Shown: positions 17,593 to 26,347, counted from the first letter of the stretch. The stretch: 64,000 bases of DNA from Acidimicrobiales bacterium (GCA_020846295.1 JADLEF010000015.1:152-64151), one strand, 5' to 3'. Made by a program: numbers and translations. The notes: generated by a model not told the origin, from the letters alone.

Positions 17593-19173
17593 GTGACCCC
17601 CGACACGCCCCACCGACCAACGACGATGGCCCTCGACAAACGGGCGCAGCGCAACATCCTGATCGCCATGCTCACCGCCCTGATCGCCGTGATCGCGTCG
17701 GTCTCGGGCCTCAACGTCGCCCAACAGGACCTCGCCATCGACCTCGGCGCGTCGCAGGGCACGGTGCTGTGGATCATCAACGCCTACACCCTGGCCCTCG
17801 CCGCGCTGCTCATGCCCATCGGCGCGGTCGGCGACCGCTGGGGCCGCAAGCCGGTGCTGCTCGCCGGACTCGCCCTGTTCGGCCTGGCCGCCGCCATCGC
17901 CGCCGTCGCGCCGTCGGCCGGGGTGATGATCGGCGCCCGGGTGGTGGCCGGCGCCGGTGCCGCCATGATCATGCCGGTCACCCTGTCGGTCATCACGTCG
18001 AGCTTCCCGCCCGAGGAGCGGGCCCGGGCGATCGGCCTGTGGGCCGGCTTCGCCGGCAGCGGGGGCATGATCGGCCTGTTCGTGTCGGCGTTCATGGTGG
18101 ACGTGCTCACCTGGCGCTGGACCTTCGTGCTGCCCATCGTGCTCGTGGTGGTGGCGCTGGTGTTCACCGCCCTCTACGTGCCCAACTCCAGTGAGGGCGC
18201 CACGCACCCGTTCGACACCGTCGGGTCGGTGCTGTCTGCGCTGGCCATCGGCGGGCTGGTGCTCGGCATCCACGAAGGCCCCGAGAAGGGTTGGGGCCAT
18301 CCCCTCACCATCGCAGGGCTGGTCGTCGGGCTCGCTGCGCTGGCCGGGTTCATCGTGTGGGAGCGCCGTCAGGCCGAACCGCTGTTGGACCTCTCGGCCT
18401 TCGCCGACCGTGGCCTCGCCTCCGGTTCGGCCACGCTGCTGATCGTGTTCGCCGTGATGTTCGGCATCTTCCTCGTGCTGTTCCCGTTCTTCCAGGCGGT
18501 GATCGGCTGGTCGGCCCTTCGATCGGCGGCCGCCATGCTGCCCATGGCGGTGGCCATGATGCCGATGTCCACCGTCGCACCACAGATCGCCCAGCGCTTC
18601 GGTAGCCGCCGCACCATGCTGTTCGGTCTGTCACTGTTCGCGCTCGGCCTGGCGGGCATGGCGCTGCGGGCCTCCGTCGAGGGCGGGTACTTCTCGGTGC
18701 TGCCCGGTCTCGTCGTGATGGGGCTCGGGATGGGCCTCACCATGACGCCCGCCACCGCCGCGATCACCGAGACGCTGCCCGCCGAGAAGCAGGGCGTCGC
18801 CTCGGCGCTCAACGACACGTCCCGGGAGATCGGCGGCGCGGTCGGCGTGGCGCTGCTCGGCTCGATCCTGTCCGCGGGGTACCGCTCGAGCATCGAGCCG
18901 GCGCTGGCCGGACTTCCCCGTGAACTGGCCGAACCCGCCCGGGAAGGCATCGGTGGGGCGTTCGGCGCGGCGGCGCAGGCCGGCCCTCAGGCCCCCGCCC
19001 TGATCGACGCCGCTCAGCACGCCTTCGTCGACGGTTGGGTCCGATCGATGTGGGTCGGCGTCGCCATGGCCCTCGTGGCCATCGTGTACGTGGCGGTGCG
19101 GGGTCCCGTGCGGGCCCATGCCGTCGACGCGCCGACCCCCACCAACGAGGTCACCGCCCTCGCAGCGGACTGA
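17593..19173 (+). CDS. MFS transporter, DHA2 (EmrB/QacA-like, 14-TMS) drug:proton antiporter type
   Basis: GAAGGAG lies 5 nt before GTG 17593. LWIINAYTLALAALLMPIGAVGDRWGRKPVLL is the MFS motif A region. The length fits 14 TMS. Confidence 0.8.
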   Translation: MTPDTPHRPTTMALDKRAQRNILIAMLTALIAVIASVSGLNVAQQDLAIDLGASQGTVLWIINAYTLALAALLMPIGAVGDRWGRKPVLLAGLALFGLAAAIAAVAPSAGVMIGARVVAGAGAAMIMPVTLSVITSSFPPEERARAIGLWAGFAGSGGMIGLFVSAFMVDVLTWRWTFVLPIVLVVVALVFTALYVPNSSEGATHPFDTVGSVLSALAIGGLVLGIHEGPEKGWGHPLTIAGLVVGLAALAGFIVWERRQAEPLLDLSAFADRGLASGSATLLIVFAVMFGIFLVLFPFFQAVIGWSALRSAAAMLPMAVAMMPMSTVAPQIAQRFGSRRTMLFGLSLFALGLAGMALRASVEGGYFSVLPGLVVMGLGMGLTMTPATAAITETLPAEKQGVASALNDTSREIGGAVGVALLGSILSAGYRSSIEPALAGLPRELAEPAREGIGGAFGAAAQAGPQAPALIDAAQHAFVDGWVRSMWVGVAMALVAIVYVAVRGPVRAHAVDAPTPTNEVTALAAD

Positions 19174-19262
19174 GCCCGACAGCCTCGGGCCGGGCCCGCA
19201 TCACGGCGGCCCGGGCCGGTCTGGTCGAGGTCGCCGAGGCGGCGCAGGCCGCGGTCGCTCAG

Positions 19263-19724
19263 TCAGACATCGCGAGCGGCGCGCCACCGTCGGATGCCGG
19301 CAGCGCCGTAGGCCAGTGCATGGATCGCTCGGGACGGCTCGACGCCGATGAACACCGTCTCGGTCGATGCCTGGCCGTCGGAGGCGAAGAGGTCGAGGTC
19401 GTAGTCGAACACCCCGTGCCAGAGACGCCGTTTGGTGGCGGGCTCGTCGTGCAGCGACGCACGGCCCCACACCAGCAGCCCGTCACCGCGACCGTTGGTC
19501 TCCCAGTGCAGCGCCACGCTCGGGTTGTGGGCGATGTTGGCCACCTTGACCGAGCTCCGCCCCGTCATGATCCAGATGGTGCTGCCCTCCCAGCCGGGGT
19601 GGACGGGCACGACATCCGGTTCCCGGTCCGGCCCGCACGTCGCCAGGTACGCCCGCGGAGACAGGCTCCGGCCGAGCCGCTCGATGTCCTCGCCCTGCAT
19701 GGCCCTGCTCCCCTCGGTGCTCAT
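19263..19724 (-). CDS. Pyridoxamine 5'-phosphate oxidase-family (split-barrel flavin/F420-type) protein
   Basis: The 153-aa product has the typical PNPOx-like pattern (YLATCGPDREPDVVPVHPGW...IANIAHNPSVALHW). It overlaps the marR stop by 4 nt. Confidence 0.7.
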   Translation of the reverse strand: MSTEGSRAMQGEDIERLGRSLSPRAYLATCGPDREPDVVPVHPGWEGSTIWIMTGRSSVKVANIAHNPSVALHWETNGRGDGLLVWGRASLHDEPATKRRLWHGVFDYDLDLFASDGQASTETVFIGVEPSRAIHALAYGAAGIRRWRAARDV

Positions 19725-20164
19725 TGACGGCCCAGCTCGACGAGCATGGCGATCAGGCCGGCCCGGTCGGCCATCACCAGCGGGGTTCCCGCCAGCAGGT
19801 CCGTCACGAGCTCGCCGACCACGAGCGCCGCGTTGGCGACGAGCTCTGCGCCGGCGGGCGTCAGGGTGGCCAGGGCGAGGCGGGCGTCACGGTCGTTCTT
19901 GACCGAGGTGACGATGCCGAGCCGCTCGAGTGGACGCAGCGCCCGGGTCACCGCGGAGGCGGTGAGCCCGACTGCTCGCGCCAGCTCGACCCGACTGGCC
20001 CTGCCCTGCGGGGCCTCGGCGAGCGCGTGCAGGAGCCGGAACTCGCCGAGGCTGATCCCGTGGAGCGCCCCGAGCCGGCCGCTGGTGCGGCGTTCCACCG
20101 CGGCCCAGGCAGACGCAAGGGCGTGCACGAGTTGAAGGTCGTCGTTCGTCGCCGTCTCAGCCAT
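19721..20164 (-). CDS. MarR-family transcriptional regulator
   Basis: The 147-aa product has a winged helix (ISLGEFRLLHALAEAPQGRASRVELARAVGLTASAVTRALRPLERLGIV). ATG at 20164. Confidence 0.85.
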   Translation of the reverse strand: MAETATNDDLQLVHALASAWAAVERRTSGRLGALHGISLGEFRLLHALAEAPQGRASRVELARAVGLTASAVTRALRPLERLGIVTSVKNDRDARLALATLTPAGAELVANAALVVGELVTDLLAGTPLVMADRAGLIAMLVELGRQ

Positions 20165-20178
20165 ACCCGCAACATATA

Positions 20179-20192
20179 CGTGAGTACTCACG
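20179..20192. promoter_or_regulatory. Perfect 14-bp palindrome CGTGAGTACTCACG, 15 nt upstream of the marR start. Candidate MarR operator in an AT-rich patch.
   Basis: The palindrome was read directly from the sequence. The local context AACATATACGTGAGTACTCACGGATAGCAACGTGATTTTT is unusually AT-rich for this genome. Confidence 0.5.
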
Positions 20193-20383
20193 GATAGCAA
20201 CGTGATTTTTCCCCGACCTTCGCGTGAACGCAGCCGTTCGGTGGCATCGGGACGTTGGACCCGTGGCCAAGAGCAGGTGCGCCCCTGGTCACGGCGCGGG
20301 CGACACACGAGGATGAGGGCCAGGACCCAAACGGGTTCTGCGGTGCCGCTCGTGAGCTCGGCACGGCGGGAAGGACGGTCGCC

Positions 20384-20713
20384 GTGTGCGTCAGTTTGTT
20401 CGGTCGGTGGCTGCTGGCGCTCATGGCGCTGGCCTCCGGGGTCGGCGTCCTCGACGCCGCCATCGGCGGGCAGCTCGATCTCGTCGTACTGCACAGTACG
20501 GTGCTGTCGTTGACCATCGCCCTCGCACTGCACACGGCCGGGCCGGGCCGGATGGTGCCGATCCGCGGCGATCTCGCCCGCTGGCTCGACCAGCGCGCCG
20601 CAGGTGCCGGCGAACGGCCCGCCGACGTGGCGAACCGGGCGATCGGCGCCTACCGGGCAGGACTGACCGGTGATGCGGAGGTGGGTCGTGAAGCGATGGG
20701 CCGATCCCGCTGA
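20384..20713 (+). CDS. Small (109-aa) two-TM protein with a possible RHH-like C-terminus
   Basis: GGAAGGA precedes GTG 20384. Two hydrophobic helices are followed by IRGDLARWLDQRAAGAGERPADVANRAIGAYR. It overlaps the next gene's start. Confidence 0.4.
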   Translation: MCVSLFGRWLLALMALASGVGVLDAAIGGQLDLVVLHSTVLSLTIALALHTAGPGRMVPIRGDLARWLDQRAAGAGERPADVANRAIGAYRAGLTGDAEVGREAMGRSR

Positions 20714-23237
20714 TCCGACGCACGACCCCGGCACTGCCCCGCCGCCATCCGCACCGTGGGCGGTGCGATTCGACGGCAGCGCGGTCGATCCCGAACTGCT
20801 GGGCGGCAAAGGCGCCGCCCTGCAGCGCCTGGTCGACAGCGGGTTCCCGGTGCCACCCTGCGGCGCCGTCACCACCGCGGCCTACCGAGCGGTGGTGCGC
20901 GACCCGACGATCGCCCGTGTGATCGCCGCGGTCGCCGCCGGCACCGACACCCCCGCCGAGGCGGTGGACGCCGCGTTCCTCGAGGCGCCGCTCGAACCCG
21001 AGGTGGAGGCGTCGATCGTTGGGCTCGCCGAGACCTTGGCCGGTGACGCGCAGCTCGTGGCGGTGCGCTCGTCGGCGACGATCGAGGACCTCGCGCAGTC
21101 GTCGTTCGCCGGACAGTACCGCTCGTTGCTCGACATCGACGCCAGCGATGGCGAGGCGGTACGGCGCGCCGTGCGACTGGTGTTCGCCTCGTTGTGGCAC
21201 CCGGCGCCCGCCGCCTACCGACGGGCCCTCGGCATCGACGCGACCGGCGCCGCCATGGCCGCCGTCGTCATGCGGATGATCCCCGCCCGCAACGCCGGCG
21301 TGGTCTTCACCGTCGACCCCACCGTCACCGCTTCGGGTGTCGCGCCGGCCCGGGTCGAGGTGGTCAGCGGCCTGGGCGAGTCGTTGGTGTCGGGCCGGCG
21401 CACACCCGAGGTGTACGTCCTCGACCGGGACACGGTGCAGCGCGACGTGCCGGCGATCGTGCACACCGCGCTGGCGCTGGCGCGGCAGATCGAGGTGCGT
21501 GAGCAGGCGCCGCAGGACGTCGAGTGGGCGTGGGACGGGTCGCAGCTGTGGGTCGTGCAGGCCCGCCCGATCACCACGCTCGACTCGCGGCGTGACGACA
21601 TCGACGACGAGCCCGCCGCGCTCGACGGTCTCGACCTGACCACCGCCGGGATCGGCGAGATGCTCCCCGGCGTGCTCGCCCCGCTGCAGTGGGGATTCGC
21701 CGGCCTGCTCGTCGAGGAAGCGTTCCGGCAGCTGCTCGACGACCTGGGCAGCCTGCCCGTCGACCTGGTCGGGGAGCGCGGCGTGCTGCACCGCGTGCAC
21801 GGCCGGGCGGCGCTCGACTTCTCGGTGCTGCGCCACATGAGCACCACGCTGCCCGGCGCCGCCGCCGAGGAGCTCGAGGCGCAGTACTTCGGCTCGGGGC
21901 GCCGGGGACGCGCCGTCGCGGCGGCCGGGCCACGAGGGGGCCGGCTTCGATCCGTCACCCACGACCTGCGCGTGCTGCGCATCCGCGCCCGCTCCACCGT
22001 CGCAGCGGACACCGTCAACGCCACTGCGGCCCTGCTCACGCCGGCACCGCCCGACGAGCCGGCACCGCCCGACGAGCAGATCGGGTCCGATCGACGCCGG
22101 ATGCTGACCCGCCTGCTGCGCCTGATCGACCTGGCCCAGCGGGCGATGACCGCCGAGCGCGAGGTGGCGGCCGACGCCGCCGCCGGCTACCGGCGCCTCG
22201 AGCTCCACCTCGCCCGCCGGCTCGACCCCCGCACCGCCGGGCGGCTGGCCGGCGCCCTGACCGCCGGCGTGGCGCGAGCTACGGTGACCGCGAGCGCCTC
22301 GGCGGCGGTGTTCAGCGGACCGACCTGGGCCGAGCTCGGCCTCGTGCCGCCCGCTCCGCCCGACGACCACCGCCCCGATGCACCCGGGGACGAGGCGATC
22401 GCCGAGCTGCGGACCGCCTTGGCCCAGGCCGCCGGAGGGCAACGGGACAGCTGGCGGAGCCGGCTGTACGAGCGGTCCGTGCGCAGGTTGGCCGCCGAGG
22501 TGACCGAGCAGCTTGCACGCCGGGAGGCGACCAAGGCGGCGGTGCTCACGATCGGCGGCGAGGTTCGGCGGGTCGCGCTCGATGCCGGCCGGCTGCTGAG
22601 CGCCGAGGGCTCGCTCGGCAACCCGGCCGAGGTCGACCTGCTCACCCCGGCCGAGCTGGCCGGCGCGCTGCGAAGCGGGCGGGTGCCGCCGCCCGCCGTG
22701 CTGCGACGCCGCCACCGCGCCGTCCTCCGCGCCGCGGCCGAGGCCCCGCTCCCGGTCCGCTTCTCCGGCGTACCGACCAGTACGGCGACGCCGGCAGCGC
22801 GGCCGGTGGAGGGCCGGCGACTCGAGGGGTGGGCGGCGAGCGAGGGACGCCACCGTGGCCGGGCCCGGGTGCTGCGGCGGCCCACCGATCCCATCGAGGT
22901 GGACGAGGTGCTCGTCGCCACCGCGACGGACCCCTCGTGGTCGCCGCTGTTCGTGCGGGCCGGCGCCATCGTGCTCGAGCGGGGCGGACCGCTCTCGCAC
23001 GCCGCCATCCTGGCGCGGGAGCTCGGCGTGCCCGCCGTGCTCGACGTCGCCGGGGCGACCGCGTCGCTCGGCGGCCGGTCCGTGCTCGTCGACGGGGACC
23101 TCGGCGTGGTGACGATCCTCGACGGAGCCGAAGCCGAAGCCGAGACCGAAGCCGAACACGAGACCGAAGCGGTCGGCGACGAAGACGAGCACGGGGACCG
23201 GGCAGAGCTCGAACACGGCGAGCAGGGCGAGGCGTGA
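20688..23237 (+). CDS. PEP-utilising enzyme with an N-terminal PPDK_N/ATP-grasp domain and a C-terminal phospho-His swivel domain (rifampin-phosphotransferase-like architecture)
   Basis: GGAGG lies 6 nt before GTG 20688 (the track start is 20670). Motifs are LGGKGAAL, VAVRSSATIEDL, DVEWAW...VVQARPIT and, at the C-terminus, ATDPSWSPLF...ERGGPLSHAAILARELGVPAV. The protein ends in an acidic Glu/Ala tail. Confidence 0.85.
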   Translation: MKRWADPADPTHDPGTAPPPSAPWAVRFDGSAVDPELLGGKGAALQRLVDSGFPVPPCGAVTTAAYRAVVRDPTIARVIAAVAAGTDTPAEAVDAAFLEAPLEPEVEASIVGLAETLAGDAQLVAVRSSATIEDLAQSSFAGQYRSLLDIDASDGEAVRRAVRLVFASLWHPAPAAYRRALGIDATGAAMAAVVMRMIPARNAGVVFTVDPTVTASGVAPARVEVVSGLGESLVSGRRTPEVYVLDRDTVQRDVPAIVHTALALARQIEVREQAPQDVEWAWDGSQLWVVQARPITTLDSRRDDIDDEPAALDGLDLTTAGIGEMLPGVLAPLQWGFAGLLVEEAFRQLLDDLGSLPVDLVGERGVLHRVHGRAALDFSVLRHMSTTLPGAAAEELEAQYFGSGRRGRAVAAAGPRGGRLRSVTHDLRVLRIRARSTVAADTVNATAALLTPAPPDEPAPPDEQIGSDRRRMLTRLLRLIDLAQRAMTAEREVAADAAAGYRRLELHLARRLDPRTAGRLAGALTAGVARATVTASASAAVFSGPTWAELGLVPPAPPDDHRPDAPGDEAIAELRTALAQAAGGQRDSWRSRLYERSVRRLAAEVTEQLARREATKAAVLTIGGEVRRVALDAGRLLSAEGSLGNPAEVDLLTPAELAGALRSGRVPPPAVLRRRHRAVLRAAAEAPLPVRFSGVPTSTATPAARPVEGRRLEGWAASEGRHRGRARVLRRPTDPIEVDEVLVATATDPSWSPLFVRAGAIVLERGGPLSHAAILARELGVPAVLDVAGATASLGGRSVLVDGDLGVVTILDGAEAEAETEAEHETEAVGDEDEHGDRAELEHGEQGEA

Positions 23238-26140
23238 TGCTGCCCGACCCGTCGACCCCGCAGCGGTTGGCCCGTCGCCGACGGATGGTCCACCTGATGG
23301 GAGGCGACCGCCTCTCCATCTTCGTGCCTGCGGTGATGAGCGTCGGGCTGCTCTTCTGGTTGCTCAGCCAGCTCCGCGACGTGGCCCACTCCCGTCGTCG
23401 CCGCAACCGGATCAAGCAGGCCCGCCTCGCCGCCCGCACCATCGCCGCGGAGCTGACCGCCGCCGACGCCGATCCGGTGCCGCCGCCCGGTGAGCTCGGC
23501 CTGCACGAGCGCGTCGTGTACCTGCTCGGCGGCGCCGTCCTGTGGGCGACCGCGGTGTACGTCGCGGTCGGCTCCGTGGCGAACTACGTTCGACCGGGCG
23601 GCTACGTCGCGGACATCGCCTGGCTGCTGGCGCTGTCGCTGGCCGTCGCGCTCGGCAGCGCGGTGCTCGGCACCGCGTCGCTCAGCATCGCCACCCGCTA
23701 CCCCCGCGTCCCCGGGCCGGCGGTGCGGCTGTTCCGATCCTCGGCGCTGAGCGTCGATCCGACCGAACCCACCGGCGGGCGGCCGTCGTGGCGCGTCACC
23801 GCGGTCACCGCCGTGCTGTGGGCGGGCTTCGCGGTGCTGACGATGCTGATCGGCTGGTCGCCCCACCGCATCGCCCGCATCGACGAGCGGGTGGCCGACT
23901 GGGCGCAGGCCCACCGCCTCCCGGGACCGGCCACCTGGCTGGATCTGGCGGGCAGCACGTCCGTCGGCATCGCCGTCACCGCCGTCGGCCTCGCCCTCGC
24001 CTACCGCTGCCGGGTGCTGTTCCTCTCCGGTCTCGGCGCGGTGGTGGCGGGCCAGCTCGCCGGACGGGTCGTCCGCTCGCTGGTCTCCCGACCCCGGCCG
24101 GCGACCGGGGCGTTCCCCGGCCGCCTGGACTCGTTCCCCAGCGGCCACCTGGTCCTGCTCACGTTGCTCGCCGGCCTGCTGCCGCTCGTCGTCGCGTCGT
24201 TGGTGCGCCGGCCGTGGGTCATCGCCCCGCTGCGCGCCGTCCTCGGCGCGGTGGTTCTCGCCAGCGGGTACCACCGCGTCGCGCAGGGACAGCACTGGCC
24301 GCTCGACATCCTCGGCAGCCTGCTCTTCGCAGCTGCGCTCATGGCGACGGTCGAGCGCGGCCTGCGCTTCGATCACTGGCACGAACACTGCCGTCCGAGC
24401 TGCCCGTGGCGCGCCGCGGCCGCCCCGGCGACGGGCGAGGCGACGGCGCGCGCCCTGGGGGCGATCCCCCTCGGCCTCGACGCGGCGACAGCGGTCCGCG
24501 CCGCCGCGCACGCCAGCGCCGGCCTCGCGGCCATCGGCCTGACCGTGCTGTCGTTCACCCGGGGCGTACCGACCAACCCGGAGGGCTCCGGCCTCGGAAC
24601 CGCGCTCGAACGGCCGGTGCAGCTCGGCCTCGCGGTGCTGGTGTCGATCGCCGCGCTGATCGGCTGGCGACGGCCGGCCGTCGGTGCGCTGCTGCTGGCC
24701 GTCGCCGCGACGGGCCTCGGCGTGTTCGCCGGCGTCGAGTACCGACCCGGGTCCGCCGTGCTGCTCACCGGGGCGCTGCTGGTGCCCGCCGTCCTGCTGT
24801 GGTTGAGCTGGCAGCACCACCGCCGCCCGGTCGAGATCGTCCTCGTCGGGGCCGTCGCCGTCGCGCTGGTCACCGGCACGTGGGTCGGTGCCGCCACCGT
24901 CTACGACAGCTACTTCGGTCCGACCCATCCCACGAGCCTGACCCGCGGCATCGCGCTCGATCGGGTCGAGTGGTTCTGGGCGGGCGCCCTCGACAGCCGC
25001 TCGATCAGCGTCACCGCCCGCCTGGCCGAGGGCCACCGGCAGGCGGTGCTGGTGGCGACCAGCGAGCGCGACGGCAGCGCGGTGCGCTCCGAGGCGCAAC
25101 CCGCCGGAGACGAGCGCATCGTCACCCTGCGGGTCCGCGGCCTGGCGCCGGACACCGCGTACCGCACCACCATCGAGGTGGACGGCGTGGCGGACGCCGG
25201 ACGGGGCGTCGGCCGGTTCCGCACCCCCGGGGAGGGGCGCTACTCGTTCCGTGTCGCCGTCGCGTCCTGCGCCCGTACCGGCTCGAACGGAGCGGTGTAC
25301 GACGCCATCGCCGCCGCCGAGCCGCTGCTGTTCCTCGAGCTGGGCGACCTGCACTACGAGAACCTGACCGCGACGGTCGCCAAGCCGTTCATCGATGCCA
25401 TCGGCTACGCGCTCAGCCGGCCGGCGCAGGCCGCGCTGTTCCGCTCCGTGCCGGTCGGCTACGTGTGGGACGACCACGACTACGGCCCCAACGACGCCGG
25501 GGCGGCTTCGCCCACCCGCGACGCCATGCGCGCCGCTTACCGCACTGCGGTCCCGCACTACGAGCTCCGGTCGGGCGACGGCGCGATCAACCAGGCGTTC
25601 ACCATCGGCCGGGTCCGCTTCGTGATCACCGACGGAAGGTCCGAACGCACGGCCGGTTCCCTGCTCGGCGACGAGCAGCGGCGTTGGTTGATCGACGAGC
25701 TGACCGCCGCGGGCCGCACGCACGCACTGGTGGTGTGGGCCAACGCCACGCCGTGGATCGGCGCCGCACGGGAGGGCGCGGACACCTGGGCCGGGTTCGG
25801 CGAGGAACGGGCCGAGATCGGCCAGGCGCTGGCCGACGCCGGGATCGACAACCTCGTGATGGTCAGCGGCGACGCGCACATGGTGGCCATCGACGACGGC
25901 ACCAACAGCGGCTACGCCGCCGGCGGCGAAGGCGGATTCCCCGTTCTGCAGGCCGCCGCGCTCGACCGCCCCGGCTCCGTGAAGGGCGGGCCCTACAGCG
26001 AGGGCACCTTCCCCGGCGGCGGGCAGTTCGGCCTGGTGGACATCGACGATCTCGGGGACCGCATCGTCGTGACCATGCGCGGCATGCGTTGGGACGGCGC
26101 GGAGCTCGTCACCCTCGAGCGCAGGTTCGACGTGGACTGA
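23237..26140 (+). CDS. 967-aa polytopic membrane protein fusing a PAP2 acid-phosphatase domain to a C-terminal PhoD-like metallophosphatase
   Basis: ATG 23237 overlaps TGA 23235-23237. PAP2 motifs are RSLVSRPRP, FPSGH and GYHRVAQGQHWPLD. PhoD-like motifs are FRVAVASCAR, LGDLHYEN, YVWDDHDYGPND and VSGDAHM. Multiple TM helices lie before and between the domains. Confidence 0.85.
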   Translation: MLPDPSTPQRLARRRRMVHLMGGDRLSIFVPAVMSVGLLFWLLSQLRDVAHSRRRRNRIKQARLAARTIAAELTAADADPVPPPGELGLHERVVYLLGGAVLWATAVYVAVGSVANYVRPGGYVADIAWLLALSLAVALGSAVLGTASLSIATRYPRVPGPAVRLFRSSALSVDPTEPTGGRPSWRVTAVTAVLWAGFAVLTMLIGWSPHRIARIDERVADWAQAHRLPGPATWLDLAGSTSVGIAVTAVGLALAYRCRVLFLSGLGAVVAGQLAGRVVRSLVSRPRPATGAFPGRLDSFPSGHLVLLTLLAGLLPLVVASLVRRPWVIAPLRAVLGAVVLASGYHRVAQGQHWPLDILGSLLFAAALMATVERGLRFDHWHEHCRPSCPWRAAAAPATGEATARALGAIPLGLDAATAVRAAAHASAGLAAIGLTVLSFTRGVPTNPEGSGLGTALERPVQLGLAVLVSIAALIGWRRPAVGALLLAVAATGLGVFAGVEYRPGSAVLLTGALLVPAVLLWLSWQHHRRPVEIVLVGAVAVALVTGTWVGAATVYDSYFGPTHPTSLTRGIALDRVEWFWAGALDSRSISVTARLAEGHRQAVLVATSERDGSAVRSEAQPAGDERIVTLRVRGLAPDTAYRTTIEVDGVADAGRGVGRFRTPGEGRYSFRVAVASCARTGSNGAVYDAIAAAEPLLFLELGDLHYENLTATVAKPFIDAIGYALSRPAQAALFRSVPVGYVWDDHDYGPNDAGAASPTRDAMRAAYRTAVPHYELRSGDGAINQAFTIGRVRFVITDGRSERTAGSLLGDEQRRWLIDELTAAGRTHALVVWANATPWIGAAREGADTWAGFGEERAEIGQALADAGIDNLVMVSGDAHMVAIDDGTNSGYAAGGEGGFPVLQAAALDRPGSVKGGPYSEGTFPGGGQFGLVDIDDLGDRIVVTMRGMRWDGAELVTLERRFDVD

Positions 26141-26206
26141 CCGCTCGACAGGTGTAGGACACCGCGTTCGTGGGAACAGCTCCGTTCCACACCACAGGAG
26201 AATCCC

Positions 26207-26347
26207 ATGGGCATGTTCAGCAAACTGGCCAAGACCGGCATCGCCGCCAAGATCATCGGCGAGGCGCGCAAGCCGCACAACCAGGCGAAGGTGAAGCGCA
26301 TGCTGGCCAACGTCAGCTCACGACGCACCAACCGCCGCGCTCCGTAG
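26207..26347 (+). CDS. 46-aa basic small protein, not present in the supplied ORF track
   Basis: CAGGAG lies 6-7 nt before ATG 26207. The translation is MGMFSKLAKTGIAAKIIGEARKPHNQAKVKRMLANVSSRRTNRRAP, ending in TAG. It is Lys-rich with AAG codons, which is atypical for random high-GC sequence. Confidence 0.55.
   Translation: MGMFSKLAKTGIAAKIIGEARKPHNQAKVKRMLANVSSRRTNRRAP

Noticed and set aside
20421-23216. 931-aa - strand ORF, plus the N-terminal 515 aa of the 1483-aa + ORF starting at 21689
   Set aside because: Both are Arg/Gly/Pro-rich reads over the kinase gene in the wrong frame or on the wrong strand. The PAP2/PhoD protein begins at 23237, where hydrophobic helices start and the overlap with the kinase stop occurs.
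22187-26278. 1363-aa ORF on the - strand, antisense to the kinase and PAP2/PhoD genes
   Set aside because: Its translation is dominated by Arg/Gly/Pro/Ala runs with no recognisable motifs. The + strand frames carry clear PPDK_N, PEP-utilizer, PAP2 and PhoD signatures. This is a typical stop-poor antisense frame in 70% GC DNA.
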